The translations under genes and the position numbers were made by a program. The notes under the pieces are model-generated. The model was given only the letters and a program-made list of their open reading frames with translations. It ran no database searches and was not told where the DNA came from. 64,000 bases of DNA from positions 35,082 through 99,081 of the forward strand of contig CACIWZ010000005.1 in assembly GCA_902590505.1 (NCBI GenBank), in the 5' to 3' direction. This stretch comes from an uncultured Pelagibacteraceae bacterium. GTDB lineage: Bacteria > Pseudomonadota > Alphaproteobacteria > Pelagibacterales > Pelagibacteraceae. Shown one piece after another: positions 1 to 9,861 of the stretch (the first letter of the stretch is position 1; the number at the start of each line of letters is the position of its first letter).

Positions 1-1
1 T

Positions 2-271
2 AGTAATAAGAAGAGACTTTTTTCAAAATTACAGGATAAAAAATCAGTTACAAAAGTTTTTGATGAGCTCTCCAAAAGATACAGTGCTAGAAAAGGTGGT
101 TATTCAAGAGTCCTTAAAGCAGGGTTTAGAACAGGTGACGATGCACCAATGGCAGTAATAGAATTAGTGGATAGAAATCCTGAAGCAAAAAAAGTAGACA
201 AACCAAAAAAAGTTGAAACTAAAGAAAAAACTCAAGAACCTAAGACCGAGTCTAAAGTAGCAAAAAAATAG
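2..271 (+). CDS. rplQ: 50S ribosomal protein L17, 3' part (truncated by window start)
   Basis: Not in the ORF track. Frame 2 reads ...[32 protein letters not shown]..., the L17 signature; TAG at 269-271. Confidence 0.95.
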   Translation, partial: SNKKRLFSKLQDKKSVTKVFDELSKRYSARKGGYSRVLKAGFRTGDDAPMAVIELVDRNPEAKKVDKPKKVETKEKTQEPKTESKVAKK

Positions 272-283
272 TTCAAGTTTTCA

Positions 284-1183
284 ATGCCTAAACTTTTTAC
301 TGTCAACAATGACTATCATGACACTCGTTTTGATAAATGGTTTAAAAAAAATGTAATTAATATTCCGCATTCTCTTATCGAAAAAATTATTCGACAAAAT
401 AAAGTTAAAGTGAATAATAAAAGAACTAAGTCTTCCTATAGAGTCCAAAAAGGTGACATTATTCAAATATTTAAAATATCTAAGATTAAACCTACCAAAG
501 AAAATACAAAAATTAAATATAAACCCAATAAAAAAGAATTAGGAGAATATGGTAATTATATAATTGAGAATAACGAAAATTTTGTAATAATAAACAAGCC
601 AACTGGAATACCGGTCCAATCTGGAACCAAGTCTTTTAGAAATATAGTGGACATTTTAAAAGACACAATTTATTTTAGAGATAGCAAACCTTATATAGTT
701 CACAGAATTGATAAAGAAACATCTGGAATACTAATAATAGCAAAAAATAGAAAATATGCTCAATTATTCACGTCTTTATTCAGAATTAGAAAAATTCACA
801 AAACCTATTTGGCGATCGTTTACGGGAAAGTTAATAAATTAGTAAAGACAATGAAAGATGATTTAATTTTTTATGAAAATAAAAAAAAGATTATTCAAAA
901 AGCTATAACAAATTTTAAGATTTTAAGGTCAAATGAGAGTTATTCTTTATTAGAGTTAAATCCAATTACTGGGAGAAAACATCAATTAAGAAAACAATTA
1001 TTAAATATTGGAAATCCAATAGTTGGAGACGATAAATATTTTTTGAATAATTTTAAAAGAATAAAAATCAAAGATCTTTTATTACACGCATATAAAATTA
1101 AATTTATGATAAATAATGTCCAATATAACTTTAAAGCAAAATACGATAATGTATTTGAAGATTTTCTTAAGAAAAATATTTAA
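284..1183 (+). CDS. rluC: RluA-family 23S rRNA pseudouridine synthase with S4 domain (RluC-like)
   Basis: N-terminal S4-like region, INKPTG, HRIDKETSG (catalytic Asp), TGRKHQLR, PIVGDDKY. Confidence 0.85.
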   Translation: MPKLFTVNNDYHDTRFDKWFKKNVINIPHSLIEKIIRQNKVKVNNKRTKSSYRVQKGDIIQIFKISKIKPTKENTKIKYKPNKKELGEYGNYIIENNENFVIINKPTGIPVQSGTKSFRNIVDILKDTIYFRDSKPYIVHRIDKETSGILIIAKNRKYAQLFTSLFRIRKIHKTYLAIVYGKVNKLVKTMKDDLIFYENKKKIIQKAITNFKILRSNESYSLLELNPITGRKHQLRKQLLNIGNPIVGDDKYFLNNFKRIKIKDLLLHAYKIKFMINNVQYNFKAKYDNVFEDFLKKNI

Positions 1184-1791
1184 ATTTGATAAATATTTTT
1201 GATGAATATTTCAGCTAGTTTATTTTCATAATTTTTAGGTTTAATTTTTTTTTCTTTAAATATAGAAGTAACTTTCCTATTATCTAATCCACAAGGTATA
1301 ATTTTTAAATATTGATTTAAATTATTCGAAATATTAATTGAACATCCATGATAAGCCACCCATCTTGACACCCTTATACCAATAGCTGCAATTTTTTTCT
1401 GTTGAACCCAAATACCAATATTTTTTTTATCTTTTTTTGCGATAATTTTATAAGCCTCTAAAAATTGTATAACGCTTTTTTCAATAACATTAATAAATTT
1501 TCTTATATCTTTTTTTCTATTATTAAGATTAATTACAAAGTAAATAATTTTTTGGCCTGGGTTATGAAGCGTAATTTTACCACCTCTATTAGATTGAACT
1601 ATCTCAATTTTTTTATCTAATATTTCTTTTTGGTTAAAACTTACGCCAGCTGTATATGTGGTTGGATGTTCCAAGATCCATAATAATTCTCTTTTTTTAC
1701 CATTTTTTACTTCATCTACTCTTTTATTGAGAAAAAGCATTGCCTTTTTATAGGATATACGTTTTTTACTGATTTTAATTTCTATATTCAT
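1180..1791 (-). CDS. lipB: Lipoyl(octanoyl) transferase
   Basis: LEHPTTYTAG, RGGKITLHNPGQ, KIAAIG, IIPCGL. Confidence 0.95.
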   Translation of the reverse strand: MNIEIKISKKRISYKKAMLFLNKRVDEVKNGKKRELLWILEHPTTYTAGVSFNQKEILDKKIEIVQSNRGGKITLHNPGQKIIYFVINLNNRKKDIRKFINVIEKSVIQFLEAYKIIAKKDKKNIGIWVQQKKIAAIGIRVSRWVAYHGCSINISNNLNQYLKIIPCGLDNRKVTSIFKEKKIKPKNYENKLAEIFIKNIYQI

Positions 1792-1851
1792 TTAAATTGA
1801 ATTTTATCATTTTATAGACTAATAGTCTCAAAAAAACTTTTAGAGGTAGTT

Positions 1852-3231
1852 ATGGCTTTACCAAAATCAACAGAAACAAAAAAAGTCAACTTAGATTTTA
1901 ATAAGGAGTTTATCGATACTTTTACTCAAAATATAGAAGAGGGAAACGTTGTATTTATTAACCAAACTTTAAAAGACCTACATGAGGCTGATGTAGCAAA
2001 TCTAATTGAGAATCTAAGTCCAGACACTAGAACTAAACTCTTTGAAATAGAGTCCTTTAATATAGATCCAGAAATTTTCATTGAATTAAACGAGTCAATT
2101 CAAAGCGAGGTTTTGCAATTACTATCTATAGAGTCACTTATAAAAATAATTAGACGTTTAGAGTCTGATAACGCAATAAAAATTCTCGAAAATTTATCGA
2201 AGGAAATTAAAGAAAAAGTTTTAGAAAAACTTCCGCCAAAAGATAAGTTTCTATTACAAGAAGGTCTAAGTTACCCCGAGGACTCTGCAGCAAGAATAAT
2301 GCAAAGAGAATTTACTGCAGTGCCTAACAATTGGACTGTAGGACAAACCATAGATTACTTAAGAGAAGAAAAAGATCTTCCGGAAGAATTTTTAGAAATA
2401 TTTATTGTAGATAATGATTTTAAACCCATTGGAACAGTTCCATCTTCGAGAGTGTTAAGAACTGCCAGAGACTTAACTATGAACTCAATAATGACTGAGA
2501 TGCCTGTATTAATTTCAGTGAATATGGATAAAGAAGAAGTTGGTCTCACGTTTGAAAACTATAATTTAGTATCAGCTGGTGTGGTAAACAAAGAAAATAA
2601 ATTAGTTGGTATGATCACCGCCGATGATGTGGTTACAGTTGTGCAAGAGGAAGCTGAAGAGGATGCCTTGCGTTTGGCTGGTGTTGGAGATGAGGAAATA
2701 ACTGATAGTGTAATGTTGAAAACAAAAAGAAGATTTAATTGGTTATTATTAAATTTATTCACTGCTTTGCTAGCTACTTGGGTTATAAGTTTTTTTGGAG
2801 CTTCTATAGAACAAATGGTGGCTCTTGCCTTTTTAATGCCGATTGTTGCTTCAATGGGTGGTAATGCAGGAATGCAAACATTAGCTGTAACAATTAGAGC
2901 TATTGCAACTAAAGAATTATCAAAAAGCAATTTTAATCGAGTTGTTGGTAAAGAATTCTTAATAGGTATTTTAAATGGAATTATTTTTGCAATTATTACT
3001 GCAGTGATAGTGCAATTCTGGTTTAAAGAAATTAATCTTTCACTATTAATTGGAATTTCAATGATTTTGAATATGATAGTAGCAGGGTTATTTGGAATTT
3101 TAGTTCCTGTTTCATTAAAAAAATTTAATATTGATCCTGCTCTAGCTTCCAGTGTTTTTGTTACTACAATTACTGATGTAATTGGTTTTTTATCTTTTTT
3201 AGGTCTTGGATCGTTTTATTTTTTAAATTAA
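1852..3231 (+). CDS. mgtE: Magnesium transporter MgtE
   Basis: N-domain, CBS pair, GGNAGMQT, DPALASSVFVTTITDV. Confidence 0.95.
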   Translation: MALPKSTETKKVNLDFNKEFIDTFTQNIEEGNVVFINQTLKDLHEADVANLIENLSPDTRTKLFEIESFNIDPEIFIELNESIQSEVLQLLSIESLIKIIRRLESDNAIKILENLSKEIKEKVLEKLPPKDKFLLQEGLSYPEDSAARIMQREFTAVPNNWTVGQTIDYLREEKDLPEEFLEIFIVDNDFKPIGTVPSSRVLRTARDLTMNSIMTEMPVLISVNMDKEEVGLTFENYNLVSAGVVNKENKLVGMITADDVVTVVQEEAEEDALRLAGVGDEEITDSVMLKTKRRFNWLLLNLFTALLATWVISFFGASIEQMVALAFLMPIVASMGGNAGMQTLAVTIRAIATKELSKSNFNRVVGKEFLIGILNGIIFAIITAVIVQFWFKEINLSLLIGISMILNMIVAGLFGILVPVSLKKFNIDPALASSVFVTTITDVIGFLSFLGLGSFYFLN

Positions 3232-4031
3232 ATATTATCAATTAATCTTACATTCTTAATATAATATGCAATAAAAATTTTACAGTTTTTATTATATTTT
3301 TTTGATTTTACAAAATTTTTTTTAATATTGTAGTTTTCTATATAATCAACTTTACTTGCTCCTAATTCTATCATTTTCTTTTTGAGAAAATTTTCGTTAT
3401 AAATATCAAATCTTTTTTTAATTTTATTTATAAAATGATAGACTTTTGAAGCAATTTTGATGTCGTTTGATTTCAGGAGAGAATTTCTAGACGAAAAAGC
3501 AACTCCATTTGCTTGTCTTACTGTATCACATTCGATTATCTTTGAATTAATTTTATTCTTTGCAATAAATCTTTTGATAAGAAATAATTGTTGATAATCT
3601 TTTTTACCCATAAATATTTTTTTTGGTTTTATTATTTCTATTAGTCTATTCATCACATTAATTACTCCTTCAAAATGTCCTTTTCTAAATTTACCACACA
3701 GTTTCTTTGAAAATTTGTGTAAGAAAATTTTATTTTTAGGCTTAAAGCCATAAATATCTTTTATTGAGGGTAAATAAAGATAATTTACACTTAAATTTCT
3801 TAATATACTTACATCCTTAAATTTATTTCTTGGGTAATTTCTATAATCACTTTTTTTGCTGAATTGTCTTGGATTTACAAAAATCGAAACTAAAGTTTTT
3901 CTTTTGTATTTTTTTGATTTTTTTATTAAGGATATATGCCCTTTGTGTAAACCACCCATTGTAGGAATAAACGATATAGGCTTATTAAGAATTTCTTTTT
4001 GTAAACTTATCTTATCTTTAAATATTTTCAT
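3228..4031 (-). CDS. panC: Pantoate--beta-alanine ligase
   Basis: PTMGGLHKGH, SIFVNPRQF, GKKDYQQ, SSRN, RLIDN. Confidence 0.95.
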   Translation of the reverse strand: MKIFKDKISLQKEILNKPISFIPTMGGLHKGHISLIKKSKKYKRKTLVSIFVNPRQFSKKSDYRNYPRNKFKDVSILRNLSVNYLYLPSIKDIYGFKPKNKIFLHKFSKKLCGKFRKGHFEGVINVMNRLIEIIKPKKIFMGKKDYQQLFLIKRFIAKNKINSKIIECDTVRQANGVAFSSRNSLLKSNDIKIASKVYHFINKIKKRFDIYNENFLKKKMIELGASKVDYIENYNIKKNFVKSKKYNKNCKIFIAYYIKNVRLIDNI

Positions 4032-4069
4032 TTCTCTTCAGCAGTGATAATAACTAATATAAGAATCAT

Positions 4070-4885
4070 ATGATAAAACAAGCAATTATTCCATTAGCTG
4101 GATTAGGTACTCGGATGCTTCCTTTAACAAGCGTGTTGCCAAAAGAACTATTACCAATCAACGGAAAACCTAATTTAGAATATATTTTAGAAGAGTGTTT
4201 AGAGGCTGGGATCAAAGAATTTATATTTATTATTTCTAAAAAAAAATTATCAATTAAAAAATATTTCTTTAATGATAATTTTTATAAAAAAATCATTAAA
4301 AAAAAAAAAGATAAAGGATTAATCCAAGAGTATAAAAAAATTAAAAAATACAAAAAAATGATTAAATTTGTTTATCAAAATAAACCCAAAGGAACAGGAG
4401 ACGCAGTTTTAAAATGCAAAAAATTTATAAAAGGTAAATATTTTCTAATGCTTTTACCTGACGACTTAATAATAAGAAAAAATTGTTCTAAAGAAATGAT
4501 ACGATTACATAAAAAAACTAGTGGATCCATCATTGCTACAAAAAAAGTAGAAAGAAAAACAGTTTCAAGATGGGGAATTTTATCAATTAGAAATAAAAAA
4601 AAAAGACATTTTCGAATCAAAGATGTTGTAGAAAAACCTAGCATCAAAAAAGCGCCATCAAATTATGCAATTATTGGTAGATATATATTGCCAACAAAAA
4701 TTTTTAGTGAAATTAAAAAATTAAAACCCGGTCAAGGTGAAGAGATACATATTACTGACGCAATTAAAAGTTTAATTAAAAAAGAGTATCAATTTTATGG
4801 AAATATTTTTACAGGCAAATATTTAGATTGTGGAACTTTAAGTGGATATATTAATTCAGGAATTCAAATATCTAAAGGAAAATAA
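4070..4885 (+). CDS. galU: UTP--glucose-1-phosphate uridylyltransferase
   Basis: AGLGTRMLP, PKELLP, VEKP, YLDCG. Confidence 0.9.
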   Translation: MIKQAIIPLAGLGTRMLPLTSVLPKELLPINGKPNLEYILEECLEAGIKEFIFIISKKKLSIKKYFFNDNFYKKIIKKKKDKGLIQEYKKIKKYKKMIKFVYQNKPKGTGDAVLKCKKFIKGKYFLMLLPDDLIIRKNCSKEMIRLHKKTSGSIIATKKVERKTVSRWGILSIRNKKKRHFRIKDVVEKPSIKKAPSNYAIIGRYILPTKIFSEIKKLKPGQGEEIHITDAIKSLIKKEYQFYGNIFTGKYLDCGTLSGYINSGIQISKGK

Positions 4886-6190
4886 ATGAAACTATGTATG
4901 ATAGGAACTGGTTATGTTGGGTTAGTTAGCGGGGTCTGCTTTGCTGACATAGGCAACCAGGTTGTTTGCGTTGATAAAGATAAAAACAAAATAGATAAAC
5001 TCAACTCTGGAATTTCCCCAATTTATGAACCAGGATTAGATGAATTAATAAAAAAAAATTTTACAGCTAAACGGCTCTCATTCACTGCAAATATTGATAG
5101 AGCTATAAACACATCAGATATAATTTTTATATGTGTAGGAACGCCTACAAGAAAAGGGTCAATTAAAGTTGATTTATCTTTTGTTAATAAATGTACAAAA
5201 GAAATATTAAAATATTCAAAAAGAAAAAAAATTATTGTAACAAAGTCTACTGTGCCAGTGGGAACAGGAGACGAGATTGAAAAAATTGTAAAAAAAAAGA
5301 AAAAGCTTTTTACAGTAATTTCTAATCCTGAATTTTTAAGAGAAGGTGAAGCAATAAGAGACTTTAGATATCCTGATAGAATTGTAATAGGTTCTAACGA
5401 AAAAAAAACCTTCAATATTATGAGAAAACTTTATGCACCATTAACTAGCAAAGGTGCAAAATTTTTTGCTACTTCAAGAAGAGGAGCAGAATTAATAAAA
5501 TATGCATCAAATGCTTTTCTTGCAACAAAAATTACTTTTATTAATGAACTTGCAAATTTATGTGAAAAATCTGGTGTTAATATAGAGGATGTTTCATTAG
5601 GAATGGGTTCTGATAGTAGAATAGGTGGCAGATTTTTACGTGCTGGCCCGGCCTATGGTGGTTCTTGCTTTCCAAAAGATACTAAAGGTCTCGTATCTGC
5701 TGCAGAGAAATATAAAATAAATTTATCAGTTGTAAAATCAGTAATTAAATCTAACCAAGGAAGAGTAAATTTACTCACAAAAAGAGTTCATAAAATTTTA
5801 GGATCAAATTTAAAAAATAAAAAAATTTCCTTTTTAGGAGTTACATTTAAACCAAACACTGATGATATGAGAGATTCAACGAGCCTTAAAATGATACCAT
5901 ATCTATGCAAAAAAGGAGCAAAAGTTAGTTATTACGATCCATCTGGTGAAAAAAAAGAATTTAGAAAAATCAAAAACTGCAATTACAGAAACAATATAAA
6001 ATCTAATTGTAATGGGGCAGATTTAGTTGTTTTACTCACTGAATGGGACGAATTCAAATCAATAGATTTTAAAAAGATTGTTAAAAATAGTAAATTTAAA
6101 GTTTACGATCTAAGAAATCTTTATTCTGCAGAAGAAATGAAAAAAAATAAGATCAAATACTATTCTGTTGGCAGACCTAATACTAATTAA
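4886..6190 (+). CDS. ugd: UDP-glucose 6-dehydrogenase
   Basis: GTGYVG, KSTVPVGT, NPEFLREG, YGGSCFPKD, FKPNTDDMR. Confidence 0.95.
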   Translation: MKLCMIGTGYVGLVSGVCFADIGNQVVCVDKDKNKIDKLNSGISPIYEPGLDELIKKNFTAKRLSFTANIDRAINTSDIIFICVGTPTRKGSIKVDLSFVNKCTKEILKYSKRKKIIVTKSTVPVGTGDEIEKIVKKKKKLFTVISNPEFLREGEAIRDFRYPDRIVIGSNEKKTFNIMRKLYAPLTSKGAKFFATSRRGAELIKYASNAFLATKITFINELANLCEKSGVNIEDVSLGMGSDSRIGGRFLRAGPAYGGSCFPKDTKGLVSAAEKYKINLSVVKSVIKSNQGRVNLLTKRVHKILGSNLKNKKISFLGVTFKPNTDDMRDSTSLKMIPYLCKKGAKVSYYDPSGEKKEFRKIKNCNYRNNIKSNCNGADLVVLLTEWDEFKSIDFKKIVKNSKFKVYDLRNLYSAEEMKKNKIKYYSVGRPNTN

Positions 6191-6647
6191 GTTCAAAAAT
6201 AGCATCAACTTCTACCGCAACACCTAATGGTAAACTGTTCACACTTACAGCTGCACGCGTGTGTTCACCTTTTTTATCGAATATTTTAGCAATAATATCT
6301 GAAGCGCCATTTATAATTTTTGGTTGATCTTTGAAATCATCTGTAGAATTGACATAACCTGTTAGCTTTATACAAGATTTAACTTTATCTAAATCTCCTC
6401 CACAAGCATTTTTAACATGAGCGACAATACTTAAACCACATCTTTCGGCAGCCTTATAACCTTTCTCTAAATCTAATTCTTTTCCAATCTTACCTGTTAT
6501 AAGTTTTGCATTTTCATCAATAGATACTTGACCAGAAACATATAAAAGTTTTCCAACAATCTTAGTAGCTACATAAGCTCCAACTGGTGCTTTTGGCTCA
6601 GGTAATTTTATATTTAAATTTTTTATGTTGTTTTCTATTTGGCTCAT
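6183..6647 (-). CDS. RidA/YjgF/UK114 family protein
   Basis: LYVSGQ, INGASD, HTRAAVSVNSLPLGVAVEVDAI. Confidence 0.9.
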   Translation of the reverse strand: MSQIENNIKNLNIKLPEPKAPVGAYVATKIVGKLLYVSGQVSIDENAKLITGKIGKELDLEKGYKAAERCGLSIVAHVKNACGGDLDKVKSCIKLTGYVNSTDDFKDQPKIINGASDIIAKIFDKKGEHTRAAVSVNSLPLGVAVEVDAIFELN

Positions 6648-9211
6648 TTTCTTTTACTTTTTTTTTTAGCTTTATCGTATTCTTTTCTTTTTTCAATTAA
6701 TATTAGCGCCTCTTCCATAGTCAGTTCATTTGGATCTTTTTCTTCAGGAATAGTTGCATTCAAAGACTTATATTTAATATAAGGACCATATTGTCCTTTC
6801 ATAATTCTAACAGGTTTTTTATCTTCAGGATGTTCTCCAAGATCTTTTATTAATGAAGATGAAATCCTTCCAGGCTTAGCTTCAGCAATTAATGTTATGG
6901 CTCGATTAATTCCAATAGAAAATAGATCCTCAACATTTTCAAGTCTTGCAGATTTATTTTCACATTTTAGATATGGACCAAATCTTCCAGAATTTAAAGT
7001 TATATCTTGTCCATTTTCAGGGTGCTGTCCCAATACTTTAGGAAGAGAGCATAAATATTTTGCTTTATTTAAATCAACACTGTCAACATTAATACCTTTT
7101 GGAATTGAAACATTTTTAAGGTGCTCATTCTCATTTTTTTTCTTTCTACCTTTTTTCTTTTTGGTTTCTAGTTCGTCTTTTTCTTTTTCATATTGTAAAT
7201 AGGGGCCAAATCTCCCATTCTTTAAATATATATCTTTACCTTTTTCATTTTGACCCAGTAATTTGGGCTCTGCTAAATTATATTGAGCTGCAGCTTTAGC
7301 TTTTGATAAAGGTCTAGTAAATTTACATTCTGGATAATTTGAGCATCCTATAAAAGCCCCACCTCTAAAACTATTCTTTAGACTTAGTTCTCCATTGGAA
7401 CATAACTTGCACTTTCGATCTATAGCGTCTTTATCATCTCTTTCAAAAATTAAAGCTCCTAAACTTTCATTTAATAAATCTAAAACTTCTCTCGTTCTCT
7501 TTTCTTTAACCTTTCCAACATTTTCATAAAAATCCTTCCAAAAATTATCTAAAACCTGAACCCACTCAATTTTTCCACTAGTGATTTCATCTAGCTGATT
7601 TTCTAAATCTGCAGTGAAATTATAATCTACGTATTTAGAAAATAATTTCTCTAAAAAAGCTGAAATTAACTTACCTCTATCAGTTGGATTAAATCTTTTA
7701 TTAATTAATTCGACATAATTTCTCGTTGATAATACTGAGATAATGCTAGCATAGGTGGAAGGTCTCCCTATGCCTAATTCCTCCATCTTTTTCACCAAGC
7801 TAGCCTCAGAATACCGTGGTGGTGGATCTGTAAAATGTTGTTCGTCATTTAGCTTAAGTATACTAATTTCTTCTCCAACTTTAACTTCAGGCAAAATATT
7901 CTTTGCATCCTCGTCAGTTTCTTGAACTTGATAAACTTTTAGAAATCCATCAAATTTTACTACTGAACCACTAGCCCTAAAGTTTATTTTATTATCATTA
8001 GAGGAAATAATTATCGTATTTCTATCAAACTCTGCTGGGTTCATTTGAGATGATAAGGCTCTACTCCAAATTAATTCATAGAGTTTAAATTGATCTGCAT
8101 TCACATATTTTTTTATATCAGATGGTTTTCTACTTACATTAGTTGGTCTAATTGCTTCATGAGCTTCTTGAGCATTCTTTGCTTTTTTTCCTGTATAACT
8201 ATTTGGTGACTCTGGTAAATATTTATCACCGTAATCTTCAGTAATAAATTTCCTAAAGTCATCAATTGCTTCTTTTGAAATATTAGTTCCATCAGTTCTC
8301 ATATATGTAATTAATCCAGTGGTTTCTCCTTCGATATCTACTCCTTGATATAGTCTTTGTGCTATTTGCATTGTTCTGGAAGCTCCAAAGCCAAATCGTC
8401 CTGATGCAGTTTGTTGTAAGGTTGAAGTTGTAAAAGGAGCTAGGGGGTTACGTCTAAATAATTTAGTGTTCACATCTGCAATTTTAAATTTTGTTTTATT
8501 GATAACTTCAACTGCTTTTTGTATTTCTTCTTTACTTTTGAATGAAAATTTTTCAATTTTTTCTCCATTAAATAAACTTAATTTTGAAAAAATATTTTTA
8601 TTATCTTTGTTAGTAAAGTCTGATGTAAGTGTCCAATATTCCTCTGGTTTAAATAATTCTATTTCCTTTTCTCTTTCAGTTATAAGTTTTAAGGCTACGG
8701 ATTGAACTCTTCCTGCTGATTTTGACCCTGGAAGTTTAGTCCAAAGAATTGGAGAGATATTAAATCCAACAAGATAATCTAATGCTCGTCTAGCTAAGTA
8801 AGCTTCAACTAAAGGTAAATGAATTTGTCTTGGGTTTTTTATAGCATCAAGTATTGCTTTCTTGGTGATTTCATTAAATACAACTCTTTCCAAATTTTTA
8901 TCTTTGAGTAATTTCTTTTTTTCTAAAACTTCTTTTACATGCCAAGCTATAGCTTCTCCTTCTCGATCTGGGTCCGTTGCTAAAATAATTTTATCTGAGT
9001 CTTCAGCAGCATTCGTAATTTCTTTTAAATATTTTTTTGAAAAGGAGTCAATTTCCCATTCCATTTGAAATTTATTCTCAGGATCGACAGACCCATTTTT
9101 TGAAGGCAAATCTCTTATATGACCATAACTAGCTAAAACTAAATAATCTTTTCCTAAATATTTATTTATAGTTTTTGCTTTGGCTGGACTTTCAACAATT
9201 ACTAAGTTCAT
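6644..9211 (-). CDS. topA: DNA topoisomerase I
   Basis: VESPAKAKTI, DPDREGEAI, SAGRVQS, ITYMRTD, a single zinc ribbon and C-terminal GRFGPY repeats. Confidence 0.98.
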   Translation of the reverse strand: MNLVIVESPAKAKTINKYLGKDYLVLASYGHIRDLPSKNGSVDPENKFQMEWEIDSFSKKYLKEITNAAEDSDKIILATDPDREGEAIAWHVKEVLEKKKLLKDKNLERVVFNEITKKAILDAIKNPRQIHLPLVEAYLARRALDYLVGFNISPILWTKLPGSKSAGRVQSVALKLITEREKEIELFKPEEYWTLTSDFTNKDNKNIFSKLSLFNGEKIEKFSFKSKEEIQKAVEVINKTKFKIADVNTKLFRRNPLAPFTTSTLQQTASGRFGFGASRTMQIAQRLYQGVDIEGETTGLITYMRTDGTNISKEAIDDFRKFITEDYGDKYLPESPNSYTGKKAKNAQEAHEAIRPTNVSRKPSDIKKYVNADQFKLYELIWSRALSSQMNPAEFDRNTIIISSNDNKINFRASGSVVKFDGFLKVYQVQETDEDAKNILPEVKVGEEISILKLNDEQHFTDPPPRYSEASLVKKMEELGIGRPSTYASIISVLSTRNYVELINKRFNPTDRGKLISAFLEKLFSKYVDYNFTADLENQLDEITSGKIEWVQVLDNFWKDFYENVGKVKEKRTREVLDLLNESLGALIFERDDKDAIDRKCKLCSNGELSLKNSFRGGAFIGCSNYPECKFTRPLSKAKAAAQYNLAEPKLLGQNEKGKDIYLKNGRFGPYLQYEKEKDELETKKKKGRKKKNENEHLKNVSIPKGINVDSVDLNKAKYLCSLPKVLGQHPENGQDITLNSGRFGPYLKCENKSARLENVEDLFSIGINRAITLIAEAKPGRISSSLIKDLGEHPEDKKPVRIMKGQYGPYIKYKSLNATIPEEKDPNELTMEEALILIEKRKEYDKAKKKSKRK

Positions 9212-9279
9212 TAATTATTTATTTTCAAAATTAAACGAGTTTGTCAAATTTATTATTGAAAAACTAGAAAAGACAGGAC

Positions 9280-9861
9280 TTATAACTTAATTTTATTTTC
9301 TGTAGAGCTTTTAAGTCTCAAAATATTTTCTTTGTGGGTAAAAAGAATCATCACAAAAAAAATAAAAAGTATTAAAATGTTGTTATTGATTTCAAAAAAA
9401 TATGCATAGAGAAAAACTACTAACGTAGAAATCATTGAAGACAATGATGCAAATCTAAATAATAATGATAAAGAAATCCATGATATGCCAAAAATTAAAA
9501 AAAATTTATAAGATAGAGCTAAAATTACTCCAAGGTAAGTTGCTACGCCTTTTCCTCCTTTAAATTTTAACCAAATAGGAAAAATATGTCCAATGAAACA
9601 AATTAATGCAGATAAAGATGTTAAACTCTCAAAATAAAACATCGTTATATAAACTGAAATATATCCTTTCAACAAATCAAGGACTAATGTTGCAATTGCA
9701 AGAAATTTATTTCCAATTCTTAAAACATTTGTAGCTCCTATATTTCCAGAGCCAACTGTTCTGATATCTTTTTTGAGAAATATTTTAGCCAACAGTAATC
9801 CAAATGGAATTGATCCAAGCAAGTATGAATAAACCGCTACAATAAATAAATTTATGTCCAT
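9280..9861 (-). CDS. plsY: Glycerol-3-phosphate acyltransferase PlsY
   Basis: YLLGSIPFG, GSGNIGATN, FKGGKGVAT, HKENI. Confidence 0.96.
   Translation of the reverse strand: MDINLFIVAVYSYLLGSIPFGLLLAKIFLKKDIRTVGSGNIGATNVLRIGNKFLAIATLVLDLLKGYISVYITMFYFESLTSLSALICFIGHIFPIWLKFKGGKGVATYLGVILALSYKFFLIFGISWISLSLLFRFASLSSMISTLVVFLYAYFFEINNNILILFIFFVMILFTHKENILRLKSSTENKIKL

Noticed and set aside
4297-4309. Long poly-A tracts as phase-variation sites (also about 32323-32334 and 44431-44441)
   Set aside because: All are in-frame Lys runs in intact core genes, as expected at this AT content.
4070-6190. galU-ugd as a surface-polysaccharide island
   Set aside because: Only two precursor genes among core genes, with no glycosyltransferases or export genes.
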